A stretch of DNA of 49,891 nucleotides, counting the filler, from Bipalium vagum (lineage: Eukaryota): the NCBI GenBank assembly GCA_037834085.1. It is 3 parts of 3 records of this genome, joined end to end, with 100 filler letters (N's around TTAATTAATTAA, not from the genome) between each part and the next. Parts side by side here need not be neighbours in the genome. Positions count along the whole stretch, not along the records: positions 33,202 to 49,891 come from JBBMKC010098172.1; 2 more parts are not named here. One strand, given 5' to 3'. Every line of letters begins with the position of its first letter. The first letter of the stretch is position 1. The position numbers were made by a program, and so were the translations under genes. Positions 37,920-49,709 of the stretch are shown here, one piece after another. Under the pieces are notes generated by a model. The model was not told the origin of the DNA, ran no database searches, and saw only the letters and a program-made list of their open reading frames with translations.

Positions 37920-38885
37920 AATAAAATTCTAATCGGAACACCAGGGGACCATGTGTTTATACCTATTGTACATATTGTACTCTAGACTCCATTTATTTGA
38001 ACATGCATTTTTTCAAGGTTAATTCAATAATCATTTTTTAACAGCCAATCAAATCCATGCTATCATTCAAATAACACGCACGGATTTCAACAATGACCGT
38101 TCACAACATGTACACACCTTTTTCTAAAAATAATAAATAATTATTATTTCTCAAATTATTTCATCTTTTTTTTAATGAAGAAATATCGTGATAATAAAAT
38201 AATGTTGTGTTCCTTAACGACTGTTAACTAATAAAGTTATTAAAAATTTGTAAAATATATATATTAAAATTGCAATAATTCCAATTGCAAAGTCCACAAC
38301 ATGATTTGTCTTGTCTGAGTGAACAATAGACGTACAAACAAGAAAAATAATTATTCACTCGTTTATGATTTAACCAATTTTTAATGTAATCTTCATTTGA
38401 ATAGGTAATTTTTAAAATATATTGTCAGAGAAAATGTTACATTTTTGAAAGTGCTGCTTATTTAAAACGCGTTAAATAAAGTCTAAAAGCGGTCTACTTT
38501 TAGACCCGATCTTTACTTTTAGCGTAAATTATATTTTAGACTTCTTAAACTATGTGACTTCTTAATTAGATCGGCCCATTGAATAATGCATTATTGATAA
38601 AATAATACGGTGATTAATCTTTGTATCTCAATATATTAATCACGAAACTGGGAGTGATTTGTGGACCTTCAAATGTATAGAATCAAGTGAACACATTGTT
38701 GAATTGACGTAAATGAAAATAAATTAAATAATATAAGGATTGAACATGATTTTTTATTAATTAATAAATATATATATTTTACATCTCTGTACTTAATAAA
38801 ATAATTTATTGAGTGTGAAGTGCGTTTTTTCATTAATTAGCTGGATGTATGAGACCAGTCAACCAAAGTCACAAATATCGAATGA

Positions 38886-39136
38886 TCAGTCCAATGTTAA
38901 GTCCAAAGTGGGTGTTGATATTGGTGGTTGGTTCTGTAGCTTCTGGTTTTTCCTTATTACCGATACCTTTATTGACATGATTCTCTTAAATGGTGAGATC
39001 TCAATAGAAGTTATCATATATATATACATATGATATATGTATATATATTTACCATTTTGCTTAACTGCTTTACTATTTTAGCTCTTAGCCGGAAAGTTAA
39101 CTTCATAAGGCAAGGTTCAATGTGACTATCTACTAG
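38886..39136 (-). CDS. Two putative exons of unknown function
   Basis: CAG/39136-39053/GTAAAT, a 68-nt intron, then AAG/38984-38886 (TGA). Reads LVDSHIEPCLMKLTFRLRAKIVKQLSKM-RIMSIKVSVIRKNQKLQNQPPISTPTLDLTLD*. No recognisable homology. Confidence 0.25.
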
Positions 39137-39829
39137 CTGGTGTAACAAAAATCAGTTTGAAAAACCAAACTTTGTTGGTATTACAATACAGAGTTGATTT
39201 TTCACAATTCAAAGTAGTGTTAATCAAATACACAACGATTAATCCAATCACAAAATAAAAAGATCGATTCGGTTTTGCATGGGTCAAAATAACGATAAAA
39301 TGAGAAGAAATAAATATTTTATTAAAAATCATAATAAATCAATTAATTTTCAATAAAATTGTTATAAAAAATGAAATGCATTAATACGAAAATTCAATCA
39401 ACCCTTCAGTCGTCAGTCAGACACCTTTCTAAATGGTTTGGTTGGTTATCCTATAATGAAATGATCATATTTTTTATCAATTGTTCTTCCGACAATAATT
39501 AGAATGGACTTCAGGGATTAAAATTTTCTTTAAATAATATCACAAATCTTGAGAATAAAACGCAAATTATGGTCTTCTAAAATCTTCAAAGTATATAACG
39601 AAAATATCGTCTTATCAAAGGACTTAACAAGAAATTCTAAGAGCTTCAAAGAATTTTTATATTAAATCTTCATCTGCCAGTCAAATGACGGATCCTACCA
39701 TTGACTGGCTACCAAGTAATTGAATTCTATGGATCTGAATAGCATTACATTTTTCTTGATTTATATTTACATAATCTGAGTTAAGTTTGTCGATTTTTAA
39801 AAAGGTGTAACTTAGAAAAAAAGTGAGAA

Positions 39830-41845
39830 ATCAATGTCTTTTTCAATAATTTCTAAAAAATATAAAAAAATATAAAAATGTTATCAAGAAGTTGGAGTTT
39901 TACAAATGTTTAAGTAAGATTTTTGATAATATCAACTAATCTGTTAAATTATAATTGGTAATATTTATAACTGATTCCAATATCAAAAGTTGTCGAACTA
40001 GTGTTTTTAATTCGGAGAAGTCCGACAGGCCTGTTGAAGTTGGAGATGAAAAGAAAGAAATCCTGCAGCAAATCATCAATACAGATGATCGTATTGGAAC
40101 AAGAAACCTTACACAACTTCTAAACATCTCAAAAGGTACGTTGCATATGCTGCTGCTTTAAATTGGCAATAGGAAGCTGTGTTCACGATTTGTGTCTCGA
40201 TTTCTCAAAGTTGATATGCAATAACTCCGAGTGAAGTGTTGTCAGAAAAATTTGGAGATGCTTTTCTCAATAACATAATCACAGAAAATGAGAAATCTTT
40301 GAGCTTGTATTTACCAGAAAGTAAACGCGAATCTGTCGAATAGAAGATGCCAAGGGAGAAATCAACACTGGCACATCTCATAAAAATGTCTGATGTTGAC
40401 AATCTTTTAGGATATTGTTGGGTTAGCCAAGGACACATCCCTATAAACCCTTGCAAAAGCATATGTTTGAGACTGCAATAGGATCTAGATTAGTTATCAT
40501 TATTATAAATGAATTATTAAGATCGCAAAAGGGTCAGAATTAAAATAATAATAATTAATTAAAAAGTACATTAAAACAAAAAAGGGCAATTAACTATTTC
40601 CTAAAAACGACCTATTCTTGATAATGGCGAACCTAAATTTTCAAGATTAGATCTGGGTAAGCAAGGAGGGACTGATTTAGAATTAAGGAGCTAAAAAGGG
40701 AATTGGCATTCCCCATTGGTAAAGCTGGTCTATTATTGATTGATCGTCTGACCAGAATAGTATATAAAGAAATGGAATTCACAGTGGATTGCCATAAAAT
40801 CTCTGAGATAATATGCGTCAGAAGCCACGAATTTTTCTTGCAGTTCGTAATCATTCTTCATGCCCTCTCTGCGACAGGAGCCCACGATGGGTCCTGTGTT
40901 GTTAGGGGATTTCTGAGCGAACCGGATTGGGCTCAGCAAACCACCCTTTGGACCTGTCTTCGTCACAACAGGTGACAGTATCTTCACTTTCTTTTCTTTT
41001 TTTTTAATTAATTAACATTAATTCTGACATTTAATTATTTGATTGTTATTATTCAATTGATTATTACTACTTGATTTTTAGTGTGATTGATTATTGAACA
41101 TTTGATTGCAGACATTTTTATTGATTATTTGATACACTGCGTTTGTTATTGTTATTTTAGCAACAGAGTGTTGTTCGTAGTTGTCTTGATTCATTCATTT
41201 TCGTATAAGTATTGACAAAAGTGAAGAGGTCAGTAAATTTTGTGAGCTGTGTTACGATAACGTTCATAGTAAATAATAGCGTAACAATATGAAAGACTTT
41301 GTCAAAGTTGATTTTGTTGCATCTGATGTCAAAATGAATTCAGAATATTATGCAAAACTTATAAGAGAATTAAGAAGAAAACGGCAAATAAGAGGAAAGA
41401 CTGAACTGTAACTTTTGCATAATAATGTCCCAATCCATATATTCCAGTCTCACAATTATTTGATTTACAATTGATTTACAATTTGTACAATTGTAAAATT
41501 GATTTATGTGGATTATCACTCATTCCTCACCCACCATTCAGTCCCGATCTCGCTCCCAGTGACCTTCACGTCTTCCGACAGCTGTAGAAGGATTTGCGAG
41601 GGAAATTATTTTATTGTGCCTCCGATTTGCAGAACTATGTCACGGATTTGTTGAAATCGTAATCAAAAACCTTTTATGAAAAAGGTATTTTGGATTTGTT
41701 GTCTCGTTGGCAAAAATGTGTGGAAATTGGTGGAGGTTATATTGAAAAATAAATATAGACTTGATACATGTTTGTCATTGAAAGTTTAAATAAAATCGGT
41801 TGTATATTTATTGCTCAGTTTAAGAACTTAATGGGTGCACTCAGT
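39830..41845 (+). mobile_element. Degenerate mariner interrupted by a solo LTR
   Basis: 5' part: KSDRP, RKLCSRFVSRF, LYLPESKRESVE, MLTIF*D. 3' part after the LTR: KVDF...MNSEYYAKLI, LLHNNVPIH, HPPFSPDLAPSDLHVF, LSRWQKCVEIGGGYIEK*. Confidence 0.92.
40416..41286 (+). mobile_element. Solo LTR (871 bp, Ty3/Gypsy-like) with 4-bp TSD ATAT
   Basis: TGTTGGG...GTAACA termini, with ATAT at 40412-40415 and 41287-41290. Removing the element and one TSD restores the mariner frame MLTIF*DMKDFVKVDF. Homologous to 8726-9464 (minus). Confidence 0.92.
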
Positions 41846-43202
41846 CTTGAGTGAGTTTAGTGACTGAAGGCTGACTGAATGAATTCAGGTAGATCACTGA
41901 AAGACCGCAGCCGAAGTCGATTAACGTAACTTTAATATATCTTATTGTCTTTACACGAGACAGTAAATAAAGAAATAAATAATATAAAGTAATATATAAA
42001 ATAAATAAATAATAAGTAAAATAAATACAATTATTAATTAAATATTGAGTAAATAATAATTACATCGATCCAAAATAATAATAATAATAATCGTTAAATT
42101 ATTTATTTATTATATTTAAAATTCATTTCTTTGTTTGTTCAGTGTGAAGGCAGAATTGATTAGGTTGTATCTCAGTAAAAAATATTGAGAAATTTTGATT
42201 TATTTACTCATTCAATTTTGAGTAAGATTTAATAAAAGTTTTAGACTTTTGTGGAGTCGGTTTAAAGGGATTTTGGATATTAGAGAAGACAATTATAAAT
42301 AATTTTAGGTAGGTCCTCTTTGTACATGGTTAATATAAAAAATATTAAAATAAATTAATGCATTATTAAAACTGAATTAAAATAAATATAACGAAAGGCT
42401 ATCATAATAATAATCAATCAGATAATAATTAATAGTTCAGTGAAAAAATGAGCTCAAAAAGGTGATCTGCAGCTCTTGATTTTATTAAATTTAACGTTTT
42501 ATTAACTTCCATCTATTTTCAATCATTCTAATGAAAATTCGAAAAAATACTAAAAGGAACTTCAATTATCGTTGGAATTTTTAAGGTCCGACAAAAATAT
42601 CATAAAACAACAATAATCTTAACAACAATATAATAAAATAATTGATTATAAGACATGATCAAAAGTGCATCTTAGGTGATAGCAAGCGATCTATGATCTT
42701 TTCAAAACTTTATGACTTATCAATAATGCATAAATAATTCCATGATTTTCCATTAGTCCTATGTCAACGATTGGCTTCAAAATTTGTCAGTAATCATGGA
42801 TTTAGTACAAACGATATGAGAATGTTTCAGTCATTTTGATCTATGGATTTAATGTTTGGATGTTGTGGTTGATGTTCACACCATAATATTACAATTGAAA
42901 TTGAGTGTTATCCAGAAGCCTTTCTTAAGTTGGCTTCCTATTATGAAAGAAGTTAAGATTTTCCAATATATTCTATTGGATTGTTATAATATCCGGTGTA
43001 CTTTTAAGAATTATAAAACCTTATCGATTAAAAGGCCGCTGTCATTTTAATAACTTTTATTCTTTGATTTCTAAAATTTAATAATTTTCAAATAATGTTA
43101 TCAAATAAAAATTATAAAGTTTAGAACTAATAATGTTAAATTCATGGAAAAGCAGTGTTTTATTTCAAATCAAAGATATGGTTGTCATTGACACGGGAAG
43201 TT

Positions 43203-44775
43203 TTAGATGTTTACCACGGCTCTGGCTACGAATTTTTTCCGGATATTATGGGTGTTGATGATCGTCCTGACCGAACATTTTCCCGTTATTGTATTAATTT
43301 CTGCTACTTTATGTTCTAATGTCTCAAGTATTTGGTAGTTTGACGACATCCATGACGCTGGGGCTCCGATTATAAATGTTCTGATATCATAGTACCATGC
43401 TCTTCGGAGTTCAGATTCGGCTTCGTGCAGTTAAATCTGATATTTTTGGTTGCCTGTTTTGTCATTACTCCTGACAGAGACCTCTGATTCAAAGGGGACT
43501 TTGAAGTCAATAATTAGGTACCTTTGAAGCCTCTTGTTGACCAATTGTATATCAGGGATTAAGTTTTGACCTGAAAAATTCCTTTCTTTTAGATATGCAT
43601 TTCCCATTCCTTTTTAGATATGGATAAAAAATCAACTATGATACCGCATACATCATCGTGCCTTTTTTGTACTATAGGCATTATGTAGTTTTAGCCGTAG
43701 TTGTAGGCAGTTCTTTTATCTCATAGCAATTTCTACAGTTATCGGCATCTTTAATTTTTTATTTATTGGTAAATCTTTAGAGCGATAATTTTGAATAAAG
43801 TATCATTCAAAGTACCGTTCACCAGGTTTTGGTTTATGCGACCATTTAAGACATTTGATTTTGTCAGTTTTTCTACTCTGCAAAAGTTAGTCCAATTTTC
43901 AAACACCTTTTCCTTAATTTTTTCATGTTAGAAAGGACATAGGAGGTGAGTTGAAAAATTGTCGAATACTGTGATTCTATTTCTAGCTCTGATTCCGCTG
44001 TTGGTGTTCAGTTGAAAGACTATGGTATTATTGTGATACTTATCAAAATAATGAATAACTAAGGTAATCTTGGACCACAAGGATCCTTGAGAGCCCCGTT
44101 GCCTGTTTTGTTTAATCAGGCAATGACAATTTCTGCTGTCGTAGCATTTGACTGAGATTAAAAAAAATTTTTTTCAGCATATTTTAATTTTAGGTGTTCA
44201 GCATAGGATAAGCTTTTGTGATTGATTTGATTATATATTAAATACAATCAATTCAATCAATTCAATCATATTTTACTTGAAAGTATAAATATCCAATTGG
44301 AGACGACGGTGAGTGTGATAGTTATTCACGTAGATGTTTCCTAAGAATGAAATCTAAATCATAATCTGTTCCCTCACTCTTTGTACTAGTTTCGGAACAA
44401 TTTTAATATAATACCGCAGTTTTATAGTTGCGGAACTTAGGTCTTATAAGATAGTCTTAACGTTTTCGTATTTTGCGCATCAGATTCGTTACTGATTCAT
44501 AGATATGATGGTTTTGTTCAATTTCAAATTCTCTCTCCATACCCCAGTATATGTACCATTCCATATCCTTAGTATCAGGTATAGGGCTGCCATTGATCTT
44601 TCCGTTCTTCTTCGTGGAGAGATTTAACAACGCACATTTAGAGTCATTGACTGTCATTCCTGACCACTGGATAAAATTAATCACATCGTTCACTATGTCT
44701 TGCAGATCTCCAATTTTGTTGGCAACGATAGCTAAGTCATCTGCATATGCAAGTACTGGAAATTCCATCTGAAGG
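43203..44775 (-). mobile_element. Degenerate, 5'-truncated RLE-type non-LTR retrotransposon (NeSL/R5-like)
   Basis: RT motifs VLAYADDLAIV...GMTVNDSKC. Downstream come SLWSK, a CCHC-knuckle remnant CRNCYEIKE, RHDDV, and the restriction-like endonuclease IPDIQLV...LIIDFKVPFE...QKY...FIIGAPASW. Stop at 43203. Confidence 0.9.
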
Positions 44776-46413
44776 AAAGTTTTAATTATAAGGGTTGCTG
44801 GGATTTTGTCCTGACTTCAGAATCTTTAAACATAGGCTTAGCCTAGTGTGTTAAAGCTCTCAGGAAGTTTACCAGCTAGCGGCTGTGCAAACTTTAAACA
44901 AAAAAGGAAGAAATGGAAAGAACAAAAAACTTTTATTTGATCAACGGTGAAGCACCGAGTAATTATTTATAAGAAGATTTAATTAGAAAATTCACGTCAA
45001 TCAGTTAAGATTGTGCAAATTGTAGTTTGATTGATTTAATTAAATGTGACTGCTTATTTCTGTACTCACAGAGTAAGAATCAATTAAAAATATGATATTA
45101 AAGTAGAAATAATAATAATAATAATAATGATAATACTGTTATGAATTTTTACCTAGTTTTCTTTTGATGCCGAACTTTGTACCTGATTCTTCCGTGCCGT
45201 GTAAGCTTTAGAAATTATGCTCTCTTTGCTATAAAAAGTTCTGCTTTTATACACAATTGAGGAATGTCGATTATGTAAATTGTGTCTGGAATGTTTCTGA
45301 CTTTGTTGATGTGGAATTCGATATTGTGCAAATTATTGGAATATTGATGAAGTGATTGTGATTTGATTTCTATTGTGGACGTTATGGTACCTATGTCTTT
45401 CTATGAACTGTTTTCCGAGATGATGATCTTTGCTATTCCTCTGATCTGTTGCGGATAGCTAATTTTTTGTGTCTGTATCGTTATGCTCTTAGGTAAGCCT
45501 TTTTATATTATTTATTTTTATACATTTTTATTTTTAGTAATATATAATTTTCTTTTTTAGAAATTACTATATTTTTATTTATCTAAAAACTATTTTTAAC
45601 AACCTACATACATATAATTTTATTTCTATTGTTTTCTATTTTTAGTAATGTTTATTTTCTATTTTTATTTTTTTATATAAATTCTTTATTTATTGTTTTT
45701 CTAATAATGATTTATAATTAATAACAATAATATCAATAATAATTATTATTATTTAAAAGAGAATTTTCTGACAATGAGTTATAAATCTTTACATGATTAA
45801 AAATAAAATCAAAATGTTTATTAACAGTAAAATTATGATTACTAAATGTTTGTTCAAAGTTTGAATGTTTATTTTGGGATGCTCCACAAACATAATGATA
45901 ATAAATAAAGTTTATCATGAAATTATAATTAATGATGATAAAAAAAATAATAAAGAATACTTTAAGTGTTTTAAAGTTTTATTATATTTAAATGTATTTT
46001 CCATTGATTTAAATATTTTATAGCGCTCTGGAAATTACATAGATCTCTTGTTTTTGTTTTATTTTTTGAAGTTTTCTTATAATTCAATTATTATTTTATT
46101 TAATATTAAAATATAAATTCAAAGAAAATGTTAAACCTATTTCATAATTAAAATTTCAATCTAATATTAATGGAATTTTTAATTTAAAATTAATATTCGA
46201 TTTGTTACTTTTTATAATAAAAGATGTTGAATATTCTTTCGATATGGTATATACCAATTTTAGTAATGATTCTTCCATTTTATAGGTAAAAATTTTCATT
46301 TCGAAAATTTTATATGGAAAAATATTATAATTTCATGTTTTTATAACAAATTTGTTACTATTATACCTTATCAATTAGTAACTTTCACTTGTAAATCAAT
46401 AATTTCTTTTTAT

Positions 46414-47234
46414 TGTTGTAGCTACACAAATTCAAAATTCAAATTTGAATCAAAACCCCATAATAATACTTTATCCGCACCATAATTGGATCAAGGCAAT
46501 CACAATAAAACTATTAAAAATTCAAACATCGTACAACAAAATCCCGATCAATATACAGAAGGATTAAACAACTGTAAAGTCACTATCACAAAACTAATCA
46601 AATGTCCACACAGGATAATAAGAGAAAATGTCGAATCAAATGAAATAATATGTAGTTAAAAGCAAAATACACTATGAAAATAAACACCAAATTTTAATTT
46701 GAATTATTATCAAAACAAGAAAAAACATCACCAAAATTCCATAATACTCACACCCGGAACGACAAGGAATCACCGGGTCGTCCACTAGGTCACATAGGGA
46801 TTCCCAAGCTCTCTGGGTCCCCTTGTATAATCCTGTGACATAACCATCTGAATATAAACGGCAAAAATTACGAATAATCTTCTTGAACTATTTATCCAAA
46901 ATCTTCAAAAATATTTCAGTGTACGATTTTTCATTGTCATATTCTGGACACTTTCTTGGAGTAGCCGTTTCTTTATATAGTTGTAGAGATTGGTCTACGA
47001 TCACCAATCCCTACGCTTGGAGACGGCTATTTCCTCTAATAGCCATTAATCAAACTTTATCTCCACACCGAAAAAAAACAATTAAAATTTACAATTTTCA
47101 GGAACAAATATATCATTATCTCAACGACGAGATTCTGATATATTGCTTTTTAAGAAATTTCAAATTCTTTTAATTAATAATAATAATATTATCATTCACC
47201 ATCTTTACGATTTGTGCCTTTAGCAAACCCAACA
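46414..47234 (-). mobile_element. Putative solo LTR of a related Gypsy-like family
   Basis: The minus strand starts TGTTGGGTTTGCTAAAGGCACA, versus TGTTGGGTTAGCCAAGGACACA at 40416. It has CTATATAAAGAAACGG (46980-46965), stem-loops at 46752-46839, GTGAGT at 46751 and a CAACA at 46418-46414. Left boundary and TSD are not confirmed. Confidence 0.65.
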
Positions 47235-48542
47235 AAACAGAAAAGGTTTGAATAAATATATTTAATGGATTCTAATGAATTTTTAGCAACAACTAAAATA
47301 ATGGAACTACCCAACACAAAATGTAGCCAACTCTTGGTTCCTCTAAATATCACAGAGCTCCACTGAGTCGACTGTTATTTTGTATTTTAGAAATCATGGC
47401 TTACTGTTATCGCTTAGAAAATAAATAAAATCTTCTTTAAGATATCACAAAATCAAAATAATAATTTTATTTTAACTATTCTCTTATTACTCAACAAGGA
47501 CAAAATTTAAAAAAATTGTGCCATTAAATACAAAATTTTCCCCTGCCCGCAGTTAACCAATCAAGTCATTGACTGGCGTTTGTAGAGGGAACACATTATA
47601 ATTATAAAGGAAATATATTATTTGGTCTCATCGATTTCTTTGAATCGCAAATTATAAATAATTATTTCATTTATTGGTGACAAAAGTAAATCCTTCGTCA
47701 TCAGTCTATTCAATATTTCCTTGCAACTCTATATTTAACTCAATGCGCCAGAATACGTATTTTTGCCAGTAGGATCAATTTGGTTATTGTAAAACCGAGA
47801 TAATTCTAATAAATAACAGTTAAAATATATTTTATTGCACAGACTGGGTAAATTAATATCTGTAATAATTAAATATTTTTTGATTTATCGACTAGCATTC
47901 GATTTTGGTTCTATTACCTAAATTTCCTCATAGGTAGTCAGCAAACAAAATTTCGAGAATAACTTAGACCACATTCGCAAGTACCTCGCAATTAGTTCGG
48001 CGAATAAACTAGTTAACATTTTCATTTTTAAACGAAATATATTAAATACCTTATTTAGTAATCGACGGAATAACCAAAATAATCACGAAATATATATTTT
48101 CAAATTTATCTTCACTTCATTCTAAAATATGGTATTTTTTGTATTCATAAGTTTAATATTTCTTATATATTCAATAATATTCTGGGAGCTTGATGAAATG
48201 GCAATTAATAACAAGAGCAGCTGTCTTTGCTTTAAGTGTATTTACAAAGTCAGTAGGATACACACAAATGTTCGACGTTTATTTTTAAATTCTCCAAATA
48301 AAATGAAAAATATGGACACCAAGAAAATTGATATCTACAGCGAAAATATAATCTATAGAGGAGTTTCGTAATAAATCCAAATAAAACAACAAGAAACTTC
48401 CGTTGGGGGTCTTTTGACCACCTTTAATGATAATAATAATAATGATGATAATTAAGGTGTCTCAGAAAGACATTGAAGTTAGACAATCACACTTCAATAA
48501 TAATAAGAATAAGAATAATAAAAAATCGAAAGTATAAAGAGT

Positions 48543-48933
48543 TTAATTTTTCCATTTCTTTTCATCTTCGATTTTCATCTCTGGTTTCAGCTGGTACCGA
48601 AGACCGTCAATTAACTCATTGGAAGCCTGAAAGGAGACCAAGAAACAATAATAATGATTTGGGAAACTAAAATTATTTTAAAACACTCACAGCGCAAGTG
48701 GCCACTATGGGACTTGCAAAGACAGGGGGGACCTGTCTGATGACGTCCCCCATTCGACCGAATATCGGTCTATCTGATCTGTGTAAAGCCAACTGCATAG
48801 CGTGAGCAGAAGTATTGAATCGTCGTCGAACACCACAGGCGGCATTGGTTACGCCTTCTCTGAAGTCTCTGGCTGACCGTTCCGATTCATCGTCACGAAT
48901 ACTGGTGCACGGAGAAACAAAGTCATAAGTGGT
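48543..48933 (-). CDS. ATG2: Autophagy-related protein 2, last two exons
   Basis: Exons 48933-48691 and 48626-48543 (TAA) are joined by a 64-nt GTGAGT..CAG intron. They read TTYDFVSP...ARDFREGVTNA...GDVIRQVPPVFASPIVATCA-ASNELIDGLRYQLKPEMKIEDEKKWKN*, matching the ATG2 C-terminal pattern (DLREGV..A, GGVIRQLPP..V.P.I.A.EA.S.LLGG.RNQ..P......KW). Confidence 0.9.
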
Positions 48934-49329
48934 CTGAAATGGTGTTATAACATTATGGAATTTTGAAGAACAAAAACAGAAGAGGAAAAACAACTGAAAT
49001 ATAACATTAACACATACATAAATTTCTCACTTGAAGGTTCCACAAAAATATCTAGACATTTACAATTGATTTAGAAGTATCGGATTAATTTCAGTTGAAG
49101 GGTTTTCAGATAAATAGACTATACTACTTAAAAAATCGATAAATATTTTCGAATGAACTGTGTAATTCTTTTAATATCATTAATCAAACTTGACCAGCTT
49201 GACTTATTCATGGACACAAACTTTCCAAATTTCCATTTGAATATTTAAAATCAATAATAATAAAGTCGAAATTAATTCTGTTTTGTGCAAAAATATTTTT
49301 TTTCTAAACACTCGTTAATTAAGAAAACA

Positions 49330-49700
49330 GCTTGTGCTTTGCAATGTCTAAATGTAATGGATGAGTGCTATTTTTGATGTCTATAAGCAAAGCTAAAAAA
49401 AAGTGAAATTATCATTAGAAAAATCGTAAATTTGAAAATATTTACAAAATCAATATCCTCCATTGGCAATGAATCAAAAATAATAAAAATAATAAGTTTC
49501 ACAAATGAAATTTTCATCGAAATACTTTTTTATCAACACAAGAATAAGCTAAGTAGAAAAAACAATTTGAGAAATTGTAGTTCAAAAAGATGGTACCACA
49601 TGTCACAGAGCCAAAACCAAAGAAACAGAAACTTGTCAATTGGCCACTAAAGAAAATGGTGTGGTGCAGAATTATAACCCCATCCCATTTCTTTGACTAT
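49330..49700 (+). mobile_element. Highly degraded Tc1-like fragment in an ATG2 intron
   Basis: EIVVQKDGTTCHRAKT (QQDGAPCH-like) and FIEIL. Confidence 0.4.
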
Positions 49701-49709
49701 TAAGATATA

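Noticed and set aside
38841-38980. + strand exon as TRPM exon 3
   Set aside because: It has a phase-compatible acceptor, but the translation (AGCMRPVNQSHKY...) lacks the WIxTGG motif and any TRPM resemblance.
40633-40987. Three overlapping short ORFs
   Set aside because: They lie in the GC-richer core of the solo LTR, have no protein motif, and their frames do not appear preserved in the 8.7-9.5 kb copy.
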